Source: a virus. Taken from it: 64,000 nt of DNA. This document shows positions 47,112-55,888 of this stretch, in pieces. A program made the position numbers and the translations under genes. The first letter of the stretch is position 1. Each line of letters starts with the position of its first letter. Below the pieces are notes generated by a model. That model was given only the letters and a program-made list of their open reading frames with translations. It was not told the DNA's origin and did not search any database. Location of the stretch: positions 3,364-67,363 of IMG/VR virus record IMGVR_UViG_3300035663_000011; one strand, written 5' to 3'.

Positions 47112-49676
47112 TTACTCCTCCTTCTCTTTGGCAGGCGGTTTTGCCTGTTGTTGCTGCTGCGAACGCTGCTGTGCAGACGCTCGCTGAATTTCTGCGGTGT
47201 CCTTGGCTTTGCCAATCTCGACACCGATTCTGACGCCGTCACGACGCTGTTCTGCCTTGTGCTTCTCGATATCCACACCAAGCCGAGCGGCATCAAGCTG
47301 CTGGCGACCGGAGATTTCACTCTTGCGAAGCTCCAACTCGTCAGCCTTGGCCGCAGCGTCCATGAGGTCTTTCTGCTTCTTGCGCTCGATCTCAGCCTGC
47401 TGAATCTGGGCTTCGATCTGCATCTGCTGGGCTTTGGTCTGCGCCTGAAGCTGCTTGATCTGGAGGTCCATCATCTGCATCTGGACAAGCGGGTCTTGGG
47501 CCTGCTGCTGCGCCTGCTGCGCTTGCATCTCTGCGGTGTCCTTCTGGAGGACTCGGGCAGCGGCTGCTGCCGTCAACTGCGACAACTGCGCCTCAAACTC
47601 AGGCGGCAGGTCGTACTCCTCGTTGTCGTCCTGCGGAAGCGGGGGCAGGGCAGCGCCCAACTGCTTCTCGATCTCACGCCGGTACTGGAACGCCACATGC
47701 TCCATGATGTGCGCCTGAAGTGCCGCCGTAATCTGCTGCGCCATCGGGTTCTGCCCGATCTGCTGGGCAATCTTCGGGTCTTGCCCAAGCGCCATATGGA
47801 CTGCGATATGGGCCTCGTGGTCCTGATACATGAACGCCTTCATCGGCTTACCTGTCATCGCATCCATGTTCTCGGTGATGGGATCACGCGGCTTGGCGTC
47901 GTCAGGGAGCGGGACGATCTTGTCCGCATTCTTGACCCCCAGCACCTCGATCATCTGCCGGTGCAAGTAGGGCAGGTCATACAACTGAGGCGCAGCCTGC
48001 GCCAACTGCATCACCGCCTGATACTGGACTACCTTCTGCGACATCGTCGCCGCGTTCGGGTCCGCGACCGGGATGACATCCACGTTGTCGTAGTCAGCCT
48101 TCTTTGCCGACGCCTTGCCTACCTCCGGCTGGTACGAATACTTATCCGGGGTGTTGTCGCGGATGATGCCTGCGAGGAGCTTGAACTCCTGCTTCATGGC
48201 GTAGTAGATGCGGGCCTGAACAGCCGTCATCACCTTCAGGACACGCTCCAGCACCGCGAGCGTCGTGCCTACCGGGGCTTGGTTCGACATGTCGCTGATC
48301 TTGAGGTCGGACACGGCAGCGAATCTGCGGCCTTCCTCCACGATCTTGTCCATCAACGCCGCTAGGGTCTGGCTTGGCTCCTTGTAGGGCAGCGGGAGGA
48401 TGTTGTCCCTGATCGACCCGGAGGGGATGTCCACGTCTCGGAACTCGCCCGGAGAGATGGGCGCGTCGTCACCCTTGATGCGCAGCCCGCGTGTCTTGAG
48501 ACCGCCCGGAAGGTTGCTGAGGGTTCCCGCATCGACAAGCTGACGCAGGAGCGACGTTGCCGCCTTGGAGTGCCCCCCGATGAGGTGGATGAGGCCGAAG
48601 TAGTAGAACCCGAAGCCGGGGATGTACCCGTAGTGGACGAAGTGCTGCCGCTTCTCCTTGAGCTTGTCGTCCTCGCGCCAGTTGCGCCGAATCGAGAGAA
48701 CCGTACCCGTACCCTTCTCAATCGTGATCACATAGGGCAGCGCCAGCCCGGTCTCGTTGTTATCTTCATCGACATCCGGGTATCCCGGCATGTCGTAGTT
48801 GGCATGTATCTCAAGCAACTGGAACCGATCATCCGTCGTGGCAGAAAAGCCCTGATCCTCAGCCTTCTGCTTCTCCACCTCGTCCATCGTCCGGATGGGC
48901 TTGCCGAGGTCGATATCGCGGTAGAACCCTGCATACTGAAGCTTGTTGAGTTCGTTCTCCGTCTTCCGCATCCGGTGGGTCACCCGGTCTGCCGACTCCA
49001 GATTGGTCGCCCCGTACGGCACGACGATATCTTCAGCAGGGATGTAGACCGCAGTCTGCCGGTTGAGTGAGGGGTCGAAGTAGACCTTCTTGAAGGCGTT
49101 GCCCGAGAGGGCCAGAGACAGCAGCATCCGCTCATGCTCGGGGCGGTACTCCTTCATGACCTCGGTCAGTTGGTAGTTCATGTCGTCCGCGACACGAACC
49201 GCAGAGTCTTTCTTCTCCGGGGTCTCCTTGCCGATGATCTTGGCCTTCACCGGACCCATTGCCGGGAACGTCTCGATGATGGTCTCAGACTGGAACTTGA
49301 CCGCGCTCTCCATCAGAAGCGGGTGGAAGATGCCGCACGCACCCGCCCACGGCTCGGTCCTCTCCTCGTACCGAATGCCGAGAATCTTCAGCCCCTTGAT
49401 GTAGGTATCGAGCCATTCCTTGCGGCTGGAAATGTCCTGCTCGTAGTTCGCCAGCAGTTCGCTGGAGACCATCATGAGGTCGTTCTCGTCCATGAACTCC
49501 GCGAGGTTGGCGTCGAATTCTTCTGCGCGGGGTCTGTCCTTCACCAACTCGATGAGTGCCCCATCCACGCCAATCGAGACGCTCTCGGGGTCTTCGATCA
49601 TGATCTCAATCGGTTCCGGGGGAGTCAAAGACTCAAGACCCAACGGAGCCTGCATCAAACTTTTGTCAACGGCCAT
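47112..49676 (-). CDS. Portal protein
   Basis: 854 aa after TerL; GFYYFGLIHLIGG..RQLVDAGTLSNLP; Gln-rich C-terminal barrel region. Confidence 0.85.
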   Translation of the reverse strand: MAVDKSLMQAPLGLESLTPPEPIEIMIEDPESVSIGVDGALIELVKDRPRAEEFDANLAEFMDENDLMMVSSELLANYEQDISSRKEWLDTYIKGLKILGIRYEERTEPWAGACGIFHPLLMESAVKFQSETIIETFPAMGPVKAKIIGKETPEKKDSAVRVADDMNYQLTEVMKEYRPEHERMLLSLALSGNAFKKVYFDPSLNRQTAVYIPAEDIVVPYGATNLESADRVTHRMRKTENELNKLQYAGFYRDIDLGKPIRTMDEVEKQKAEDQGFSATTDDRFQLLEIHANYDMPGYPDVDEDNNETGLALPYVITIEKGTGTVLSIRRNWREDDKLKEKRQHFVHYGYIPGFGFYYFGLIHLIGGHSKAATSLLRQLVDAGTLSNLPGGLKTRGLRIKGDDAPISPGEFRDVDIPSGSIRDNILPLPYKEPSQTLAALMDKIVEEGRRFAAVSDLKISDMSNQAPVGTTLAVLERVLKVMTAVQARIYYAMKQEFKLLAGIIRDNTPDKYSYQPEVGKASAKKADYDNVDVIPVADPNAATMSQKVVQYQAVMQLAQAAPQLYDLPYLHRQMIEVLGVKNADKIVPLPDDAKPRDPITENMDAMTGKPMKAFMYQDHEAHIAVHMALGQDPKIAQQIGQNPMAQQITAALQAHIMEHVAFQYRREIEKQLGAALPPLPQDDNEEYDLPPEFEAQLSQLTAAAAARVLQKDTAEMQAQQAQQQAQDPLVQMQMMDLQIKQLQAQTKAQQMQIEAQIQQAEIERKKQKDLMDAAAKADELELRKSEISGRQQLDAARLGVDIEKHKAEQRRDGVRIGVEIGKAKDTAEIQRASAQQRSQQQQQAKPPAKEKEE

Positions 49677-49686
49677 TCAGATTCTC

Positions 49687-51201
49687 CTAGTAATAGCCTT
49701 CGCGCTTGCGCTTGAAGTAGCGTGTCGGCTCCGGCTCGTCTGACACAAGCCGCAAGAAACCCCCACGGCGGTACCTAAGCAGGGCCTGAGTCATCGAGTC
49801 TACCAAGTCATCATGCTCGCCAGAGGGGAAACTTGCCACTTCTTCGACCAATTCTTCGGCCCAGTGTGTATTGGGAACCCAGACCCGGCCCGATGCAAAC
49901 ATGTCCGCCACCGCATTTAGACGGGCAATCTTGTCGTTTCCTTTGTTGGGGGTGAAGTCCTGCACTGGAATACCCATTGCCCGAAGCTCAAATATCAGGG
50001 GACTTCCCGCCGCCTTGGCCTCGACTATGATGCTGTCCGGGTTCCAGTACTTGTACTCATCAAACGCAGCCTCTTTGAGTTCCGGAAACTCCATACGTTT
50101 CTTGAACGAGTTGAGAAGGATGATGTTCGACTGCAATTTGCCCGTATCGTCCGGTTCTTCAAACACCCCCCATGTAGTACACGCGGAATAGTCTGCTCGC
50201 TGGGTTTTGAGGAACGCCGTATCCCAAGACTGAATGATATAAGAGCAGAAAGGAGGGCTGTCCTTCTCCCAAACTCGCCACCATTCCCGTTTGATGATGG
50301 CCGATACGTCGGAAGTGGGCTGTTGCTGGTACTGCGCCATCCACTTGCCGTTAGGAAGTTCCTGACGGAGTGCTTCAAGCTCCTCAATACGCCAAAACTC
50401 AGGCCAAAGTGGCTTTCCTGAAGGCAAAATAGCCGGAAATTCGATGACTTCCCACTCTTCTCCGCTTCTTTGGGTCGCGGCCTTCAAAACTTGCCCGCAC
50501 AGGTCTTTTTTTGACCATCGAGTGGCGACTATGACGATGGCACCACCCGGCTGGAGACGCTGCCGAGGCCCCGACGTGTACCATTCGTAGGTTTTGTCGT
50601 AGATATCGGGGTTTGTTTCGGCCAATGTGGCCTCTTGCTCACTGTGTGGGTCGTCAATGATGAGTAGATCGGCACCCTTACCGGTCACTGCACCGCCAAC
50701 ACCGATGGCAAAGTACTCTCCCGCGTAGTTTGTAGCCCACCGACCTGCTGCTTTTGAGTCTGCTTGCAGGGCAACTTGCGGATATACGTCTTTGTACCGC
50801 TCAGAATCGACCAAGTTACGCACTTTTCGACCGAAACCCACTGCTAGTTCGGCTGTGTGGGAGGTCTGGATGATCTTTTTGCCGGGGAATTTGCCCAAAA
50901 ACCAGCTAGGTAGAAGGTATGAAGCAAACTCCGACTTCGTATGACGGGGTGGCATGTTGATGATCAGGCGTTTGATCTGGCCTTCCGCCACTTTTTCAAA
51001 AGCCCGCGCCATTTTTTCATGATGACGCCCATGAATGAAGTTCGGCCACACGTATTTGACGTACGCCATGAAGTCGGACTGAGCTTTTTCCTGAGTTCCT
51101 ATCTTTCTTGCTTCAGCAAGAAGCTGCCCCACCTTCTGTTGCAGTTCAGGGGGCATCGCAGGAAGCCTAGCTTCCACATCAAGCAGAAGTTTTGGGTCCA
51201 C
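49687..51201 (-). CDS. terL: Terminase large subunit
   Basis: MPPRHTKS Walker A, LLIIDDPH Walker B, QSWDTA, HDDLVDS nuclease motifs. Confidence 0.95.
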   Translation of the reverse strand: MDPKLLLDVEARLPAMPPELQQKVGQLLAEARKIGTQEKAQSDFMAYVKYVWPNFIHGRHHEKMARAFEKVAEGQIKRLIINMPPRHTKSEFASYLLPSWFLGKFPGKKIIQTSHTAELAVGFGRKVRNLVDSERYKDVYPQVALQADSKAAGRWATNYAGEYFAIGVGGAVTGKGADLLIIDDPHSEQEATLAETNPDIYDKTYEWYTSGPRQRLQPGGAIVIVATRWSKKDLCGQVLKAATQRSGEEWEVIEFPAILPSGKPLWPEFWRIEELEALRQELPNGKWMAQYQQQPTSDVSAIIKREWWRVWEKDSPPFCSYIIQSWDTAFLKTQRADYSACTTWGVFEEPDDTGKLQSNIILLNSFKKRMEFPELKEAAFDEYKYWNPDSIIVEAKAAGSPLIFELRAMGIPVQDFTPNKGNDKIARLNAVADMFASGRVWVPNTHWAEELVEEVASFPSGEHDDLVDSMTQALLRYRRGGFLRLVSDEPEPTRYFKRKREGYY

Positions 51202-51763
51202 TTTCGGTACCTAATTCGGCATCCAGATCAATTTCTGCAAAGCTAGTAGGGCGTGTTTCCAGTACCTCGGTGTACTCCCCTTCGTATAGCTCCAGTGTTT
51301 TCCGCAGTTCTGTCTCGATATCTTTAACCGTACGGTGCGTAACGGTGACATCCACCCGGTCTGAAAACAGCCCGACTCCGCTAACCTTGCCAAGTAGCTC
51401 CAGCGCCTTGAGACGCGTTCTCGGGTCCGGGTCGGTGGAATCCAGAACCAGTTTGTTCGTGACGTAGTTCCGAAGTCTGCGATGTACGTCCAGCACTTCC
51501 CGGTCGTATTCCGAGATGATGGCATTCAGATGCTTGATGGATGCCGGGGTGAGGTTCTTGGGTGCGGGGATATTTTCTTCCAGCATCATCCCGTGTGACT
51601 GGATTCGGTCTTCCTGACCGACCTCGACCTGCAACCCACTTCGTTCCAACTCCCCAATCGTGTTGAGCATGGCTTCGGCTTTTGCGCGAAAGTCGTGTAG
51701 CTCTTCCGGTGTGGTGTCGAACGGAAACGGTATCCCCAGTTCTGGCGTGCTTATAACAGGCAT
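51179..51763 (-). CDS. Terminase small subunit (putative)
   Basis: Upstream of and overlapping terL; RLKALELLGK motif. Confidence 0.6.
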   Translation of the reverse strand: MPVISTPELGIPFPFDTTPEELHDFRAKAEAMLNTIGELERSGLQVEVGQEDRIQSHGMMLEENIPAPKNLTPASIKHLNAIISEYDREVLDVHRRLRNYVTNKLVLDSTDPDPRTRLKALELLGKVSGVGLFSDRVDVTVTHRTVKDIETELRKTLELYEGEYTEVLETRPTSFAEIDLDAELGTESGPKTSA

Positions 51764-51770
51764 TTCCCAA

Positions 51771-51799
51771 AGTATACGAACAACTCCAGCAAATACCAA
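51771..51799 (-). promoter_or_regulatory. Putative late promoter, leaderless
   Basis: TTGGTA-N17-TATACT, 7 nt before ATG 51763. Confidence 0.55.
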
Positions 51800-51982
51800 A
51801 TACCCCTACCCCGGCTGTATGGGACCCAAATGAGTGACGGGGGGTGTATTTATATACAGGGGGTGGGGGTCCGATCCTGAAAAATTGGAATTGGTTGTGC
51901 AGATCAGAGAGCAACGCGCCCGCACGGGACTCTTAACGGCGCTCGGGGGGTCGGGGGGTAGTGGGGTTCGCGCAGCCCGATT

Positions 51983-52000
51983 TATAAACACCTGTTTATA
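51983..52000. promoter_or_regulatory. Early-region palindrome, copy 1
   Basis: TATAAACA-CC-TGTTTATA, 19 nt upstream of a TTGACA at 52020. Confidence 0.7.
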
Positions 52001-52098
52001 CTTCGCACACTAGAAATAGTTGACATTGTCTTCAGAGTGTGAGACTATATGTGCACGGTGACGCGACGGGCGCGCACCGACAACCAGAGGAAACGACA

Positions 52099-52608
52099 AT
52101 GATCGACGCAACTGTTAAAAAGGCTTTGACCGATGCTATCCGTGGCGACGTTACCACCACACGGAAATGGGTTCAGGCGGGACAGACTGTCGCGCTCGCG
52201 TACACTGGACCGGAAGCCTTCGAAGCCGTCCGTGCGCAGGTACTCGATGAGGTTATCTACCCGGCAATGGGTGACGACGCGGTCAAGGTGATCCGCGCCG
52301 AAGTCCCACGCAAGGGCGGAAAGGAATGGAACGGCGCGACCACCGATCAACAGGCTGCATGGGCGGCGTTGACTGAAGCAAAGAAAACCGTACGCGGTTC
52401 GGGTTCGGTCTACTTCGGTCGCGTCGTCAAGTACGCGTGGCCGACTGACAAGGAAAAGGGACCGGTTGCGAAGCGCGACCTGAAAACGCGGATGAATGAG
52501 GAACTCGCCGCGCTGGTTAAGGCTTGCCAGTCGGCCGAAGCCGCGCCGTTCGATATCGGCCCGGTGATCGGCCACTTGGAAGCCGCGCTCAAGTACGTTA
52601 ACAAGTGA
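52099..52608 (+). CDS. First early gene, hypothetical protein
   Basis: ATG 52099 after GAGG; followed by a terminator. Confidence 0.7.
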   Translation: MIDATVKKALTDAIRGDVTTTRKWVQAGQTVALAYTGPEAFEAVRAQVLDEVIYPAMGDDAVKVIRAEVPRKGGKEWNGATTDQQAAWAALTEAKKTVRGSGSVYFGRVVKYAWPTDKEKGPVAKRDLKTRMNEELAALVKACQSAEAAPFDIGPVIGHLEAALKYVNK

Positions 52609-52622
52609 GGGGAGCGTGACCC

Positions 52623-52656
52623 AACCGGGAGCCGCAAGGCTCCCGGTTATTTTTTG
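52623..52656 (+). terminator. Rho-independent terminator
   Basis: aaccgggagcc-gcaa-ggctcccggtt followed by a T-run. Confidence 0.9.
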
Positions 52657-52698
52657 GCCCGAACTATCATGCCTGTAGCCGCCGGTCGGCGCGCATCA

Positions 52699-52716
52699 TA
52701 TAAACAGGTGTTTATC
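52699..52716. promoter_or_regulatory. Early-region palindrome, copy 2
   Basis: TATAAACA-GG-TGTTTATC. Confidence 0.7.
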
Positions 52717-52749
52717 GTTCGGTCGGGGTTGTTCTTGGTGTGGCCTAAC

Positions 52750-52773
52750 CGATAACGTGCGCGCACGTTATCG
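52750..52773. repeat. Perfect 24-bp palindrome
   Basis: CGATAACGTGCGCGCACGTTATCG. Confidence 0.9.
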
Positions 52774-53080
52774 TATTTTCGAGCCGCCCGCAAGCCCCTG
52801 AAGCAACTATTTTTGCTTCGCATTATGCGAAGGAAGCGCAGCTGGTGTACTTCGGGAGCAGTATGAGGTACACCAACTAAGTCTATGATTTATAAAGAGA
52901 AAGTAACGCTTTTTTATATATAGTGCAGAGAATCACTTTTTTTTTATACGTCCCCCAAAATCGTTTTTCATCACCTATAAACCATCCCGTTTTTTTAAAT
53001 GGGGTACAAGACCCGATTTTGCCGGAACGTCAAAAATCGCTGTTTTTTCAGCACTCGGTGACATTTAGTGTCGTAAACCC

Positions 53081-53109
53081 TTGACTTACAAGGCTTTTTC
53101 TGATATCAT
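53081..53109 (+). promoter_or_regulatory. Sigma70-type early promoter
   Basis: TTGACT-N17-TATCAT with extended -10 TG. Confidence 0.7.
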
Positions 53110-53152
53110 TTTTTCAACACTGGGCGTACCAACTGCACCCGATCCACTCCAT

Positions 53153-53178
53153 CATAGAAAAAAACGTTTTTTTCTATG
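53153..53178. repeat. Perfect 26-bp palindrome
   Basis: CATAGAAAAAAACGTTTTTTTCTATG. Confidence 0.9.
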
Positions 53179-53196
53179 TTCACGCACAACCCAATT

Positions 53197-53214
53197 TATA
53201 AACACCTGTTTATA
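53197..53214. promoter_or_regulatory. Early-region palindrome, copy 3, abutting RBS
   Basis: TATAAACA-CC-TGTTTATA-GGAG. Confidence 0.75.
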
Positions 53215-53224
53215 GGAGCATGAC

Positions 53225-53437
53225 ATGTCCGATAAGCCAGATGAGTACTGTTGCTCTTTCTGCAACGCGTCGATCAATCCGCACCGATACGACCTTGGCT
53301 ATACAGTCTGTATGCCCTGCGGCGAGCAGCAAGCCAGAAAGCGCAAGCATACGGTGGTGCCGATGGCGAAATCCAACTACATCGTCGTGACGGATCGGGA
53401 ACTTCTAAAGCAACTCAACAAGTACGCGAAGATTTAA
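53225..53437 (+). CDS. DksA/TraR-like C4 zinc-finger protein
   Basis: CSFC...I...R......CMPC spacing. Confidence 0.55.
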   Translation: MSDKPDEYCCSFCNASINPHRYDLGYTVCMPCGEQQARKRKHTVVPMAKSNYIVVTDRELLKQLNKYAKI

Positions 53438-53440
53438 ATT

Positions 53441-53458
53441 CATAAACAGATGTTTACA
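53441..53458. promoter_or_regulatory. Early-region palindrome, copy 4
   Basis: CATAAACA-GA-TGTTTACA-GGAG; 36 nt identical to copy 6 including RBS and ATG. Confidence 0.75.
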
Positions 53459-53469
53459 GGAGAACAATC

Positions 53470-53706
53470 ATGAGAATGTTCGTCATGAGAATGTTCGTTG
53501 TGAGTGTGTGGATGGAGGGTGTCAGGGACGGTGCCGAGCCTACCTATACATACACCCGGTTAAGCGTCCAGCCGTGGAAGACCGTGCATAAGCGTCTCAC
53601 CAATGAAGCGATGAAGAAGTTTCATGGATGGGGTCGCATTGAAGTGAACGAGAGAGACAGTTGGACAGCGGTATATAAAGAGGAGAGCAATCATGAGCAC
53701 TTTTGA
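53470..53706 (+). CDS. Hypothetical early protein
   Basis: RBS plus ATG; 15-nt duplication gives MRMFV twice. Confidence 0.6.
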   Translation: MRMFVMRMFVVSVWMEGVRDGAEPTYTYTRLSVQPWKTVHKRLTNEAMKKFHGWGRIEVNERDSWTAVYKEESNHEHF

Positions 53707-53929
53707 CGAAATGTGGGCGCGTCTTGAGCAGCATCAGCCTAGCGCAGACAGGCGCGGCTATGGCGCAGAGTGGCGCAGGATGTGTCAAGAGCGCACCAAG
53801 GAAGCGGCGTTGGATGCATCATGGGCGGCGAGGGCTGCGGCGAGGGCTGCGGCGAGGGCTGCGGCGTCGGCTGCAATCAGGCACATCAACAAAGCCAACA
53901 AAGCAGAGAACAATCATGAGCAAGTTTGA
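53693..53929 (+). CDS. Ala-rich early protein, paralogue 1 of 3
   Basis: MW..LE.HQP.AD.RGYG.EWRRMCQERT plus Ala-rich tail; (gcggcgagggct)x3. Confidence 0.7.
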   Translation: MSTFDEMWARLEQHQPSADRRGYGAEWRRMCQERTKEAALDASWAARAAARAAARAAASAAIRHINKANKAENNHEQV

Positions 53930-54236
53930 TATCCAAGATCATGTCAAGTCGGGCAAGGTGATCGAGTTGTCGGAGCGTTCGCATCGACGCCCGGCTCCGG
54001 AGATCGTTTGTGCCGATGGGTTCACCATGTCGGTTCAAGCGAGTTCAATTCACTATTGCGAGCCGCGTGACAACGACGGGCCGTATACACAGTTTGAAGT
54101 GGGGTACCCGAGCGAGTACGAGGATAAATTAATGCCTTACGCCGAGGACGCAGAGCGCCCAGCCGATACCGTGTACGGGTATGTCCCGTACGAAGTGGTG
54201 ATGGAGGTAATTCAGAAGCATGGAGGTGTGAAGTGA
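53916..54236 (+). CDS. Conserved phage early protein
   Basis: C.DGF.MSVQAS..HYC.PR..EVGYP..TVYGYVP..HGG. Confidence 0.7.
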   Translation: MSKFDIQDHVKSGKVIELSERSHRRPAPEIVCADGFTMSVQASSIHYCEPRDNDGPYTQFEVGYPSEYEDKLMPYAEDAERPADTVYGYVPYEVVMEVIQKHGGVK

Positions 54237-54394
54237 AGACGAGAAAAGTAACCAACCAGATTCTAGAGATGCTTGAAGAAGGCATCTTGAGCAAGGACGC
54301 CGTGATCACGGCCTGTCTCAAGTACATGAGCGAGGCCGATGTTGCAGACATGGCACATATCAATGGTTTTTTGGATGAGGAGGATAAGCGATGA
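54233..54394 (+). CDS. 53-aa hypothetical protein not in the ORF track
   Basis: GTG start after GGAGG; MKTRKVTNQILEMLEEG..CLKYMSEADVADM. Confidence 0.6.
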   Translation: MKTRKVTNQILEMLEEGILSKDAVITACLKYMSEADVADMAHINGFLDEEDKR

Positions 54395-54600
54395 GTAAGA
54401 AAACGAAACACCCGATAACCGAAATGGCGCAGAGGACTTTCCTTGACGCTATGCGGATCACGGAACTTGAACAAGCACTGGAGGCGGCAATCCTGCATAT
54501 CGAGGGACTTATGGGCAGCGATGCCGATGAGAGCGTGAGGGAAGACGTAGCCGCATTTCGAGAAGTGCTTGAGGACGACCATTGGGGGGACGAAGAATGA
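54391..54600 (+). CDS. Hypothetical protein
   Basis: RBS, ATGA coupling. Confidence 0.6.
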   Translation: MSKKTKHPITEMAQRTFLDAMRITELEQALEAAILHIEGLMGSDADESVREDVAAFREVLEDDHWGDEE

Positions 54601-54989
54601 GTTACGGAGCAGCATTGGAAGCGGCAGGTGCCAAGGTTCTGGAGTTCAGGTATCTGGGGTCATATCAGGGCGTGTGGGTAGCACTCGTCAGATACGGCGG
54701 CGAACGTGGTTGGGTACAGGGAACATTCGGTTCCTGCTCGCATTGCGATTCTTTCGAGCGGGAGTTCGGTTGGGGTATTGATCCGGAGAATGAAACCGAA
54801 GAGCAATACCAAACACGCCTTGCGGATTTCGGCAGGACGTATCTGGACGGGTTACAGACAACGGAGCAGGTCGCTGCGGACTTCGACCGAGATGCCGAGT
54901 GGGATTCGGAGTCCGAGGAAGCCGCAAAGTGGGTTCGTGATACCGGGGAGTGGTACGGGAATGCAGAAGCCGATCAAACTACCACCTAG
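54597..54989 (+). CDS. Hypothetical protein
   Basis: GSYQG.W..GSCS.CD motif. Confidence 0.65.
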   Translation: MSYGAALEAAGAKVLEFRYLGSYQGVWVALVRYGGERGWVQGTFGSCSHCDSFEREFGWGIDPENETEEQYQTRLADFGRTYLDGLQTTEQVAADFDRDAEWDSESEEAAKWVRDTGEWYGNAEADQTTT

Positions 54990-55170
54990 AACCAAACTGT
55001 ACGGGTATGACTACGACAAGAACCAGATTCTGCGGATGACGGGTACGGAGTGGCATACCTACACGAAACGTGACGTGTTCAAGCACCCGCACGACAAAGA
55101 CTCTCGCGATACCGCATGGAGTGGTACGGGCGTCGAAGTGTGGCTCGACGGCACGAGCATGGATTCATAA
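54961..55170 (+). CDS. Hypothetical protein
   Basis: GGAG RBS; stop codon lies inside palindrome copy 5. Confidence 0.55.
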   Translation: MQKPIKLPPRTKLYGYDYDKNQILRMTGTEWHTYTKRDVFKHPHDKDSRDTAWSGTGVEVWLDGTSMDS

Positions 55171-55183
55171 ACAGTTGTTTATA
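55166..55183. promoter_or_regulatory. Early-region palindrome, copy 5
   Basis: CATAAACA-GT-TGTTTATA. Confidence 0.7.
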
Positions 55184-55227
55184 GAAGTCACAAGACTAAG
55201 TCTAACTAACAATAAAGGCACTTCAAT

Positions 55228-55656
55228 ATGCAGACTTTCCTACCGTATCCGTCCTACGCGCAGTCGGCACGGGTACTGGATTACCGGAGACTCGGCAAGC
55301 AGCGGGTCGAGACGAAGCAAATCTTGCTTGCGATGAGCAAGACGACAGGCGGGTGGAGGAACCACCCGGCAACAAAGATGTGGCGCGGACACGAGGTCGA
55401 GCTGGCTCTGTACGGAGCGGCAATGTGTCAGGAGTGGCTGCGGCGGGGGTACAAGGACAGCCTGTATGCCTTCTTCATGCAGTCGCATTGTGATCTGGAG
55501 TCGGACGGGCGTGATCCCATGCCGCCGCCGTGGCTTGGGGACGAGACTATCCACGCGTCCCACAGGTCGAACCTACTCAGAAAAGACCCGGCGTACTACG
55601 GACAGTTCGGTTGGAGCGAGAGCGACGACATGCCGTATGTATGGCCGGTCAAATAG
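55228..55656 (+). CDS. Pyrimidine-dimer DNA glycosylase/endonuclease V-like protein (MSMEG_6728 family)
   Basis: MQTFLPY..LD.RRLGKQRVE..HPA..MWRG..EW..RGY.D..PPWLG..H.SHRSNLLRKD. Confidence 0.8.
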   Translation: MQTFLPYPSYAQSARVLDYRRLGKQRVETKQILLAMSKTTGGWRNHPATKMWRGHEVELALYGAAMCQEWLRRGYKDSLYAFFMQSHCDLESDGRDPMPPPWLGDETIHASHRSNLLRKDPAYYGQFGWSESDDMPYVWPVK

Positions 55657-55661
55657 TGTTT

Positions 55662-55679
55662 CATAAACAGATGTTTACA
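55662..55679. promoter_or_regulatory. Early-region palindrome, copy 6
   Basis: CATAAACA-GA-TGTTTACA-GGAG. Confidence 0.75.
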
Positions 55680-55690
55680 GGAGAACAATC

Positions 55691-55888
55691 ATGAGTGAGG
55701 CAAGAACTTCAACGTCCGGTCCGGTGCGGGTCGAGTTCAGGTATCTCGACCACCTGCGGATGAGTGGCGAAGTGAACATGTTCGGAGCGGGGCCGTACCT
55801 GCAAGCCGAGTTCGGACTGGACAGACATGAGGCAAGAAAAGTGTTGATGGAGTGGATGCAGCAGTTCAAGAAGGAGACACGGCAATGA
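55691..55888 (+). CDS. Small conserved phage protein
   Basis: YLD.LR.SG..NMFGA.PYL..FG....A...L.EWM. Confidence 0.7.
   Translation: MSEARTSTSGPVRVEFRYLDHLRMSGEVNMFGAGPYLQAEFGLDRHEARKVLMEWMQQFKKETRQ

Noticed and set aside
47148-48365. Long antisense ORFs (e.g. 405 aa opposite the portal; others opposite the large late genes)
   Set aside because: Shadow ORFs from GC-rich codon bias; no RBS or recognisable motifs
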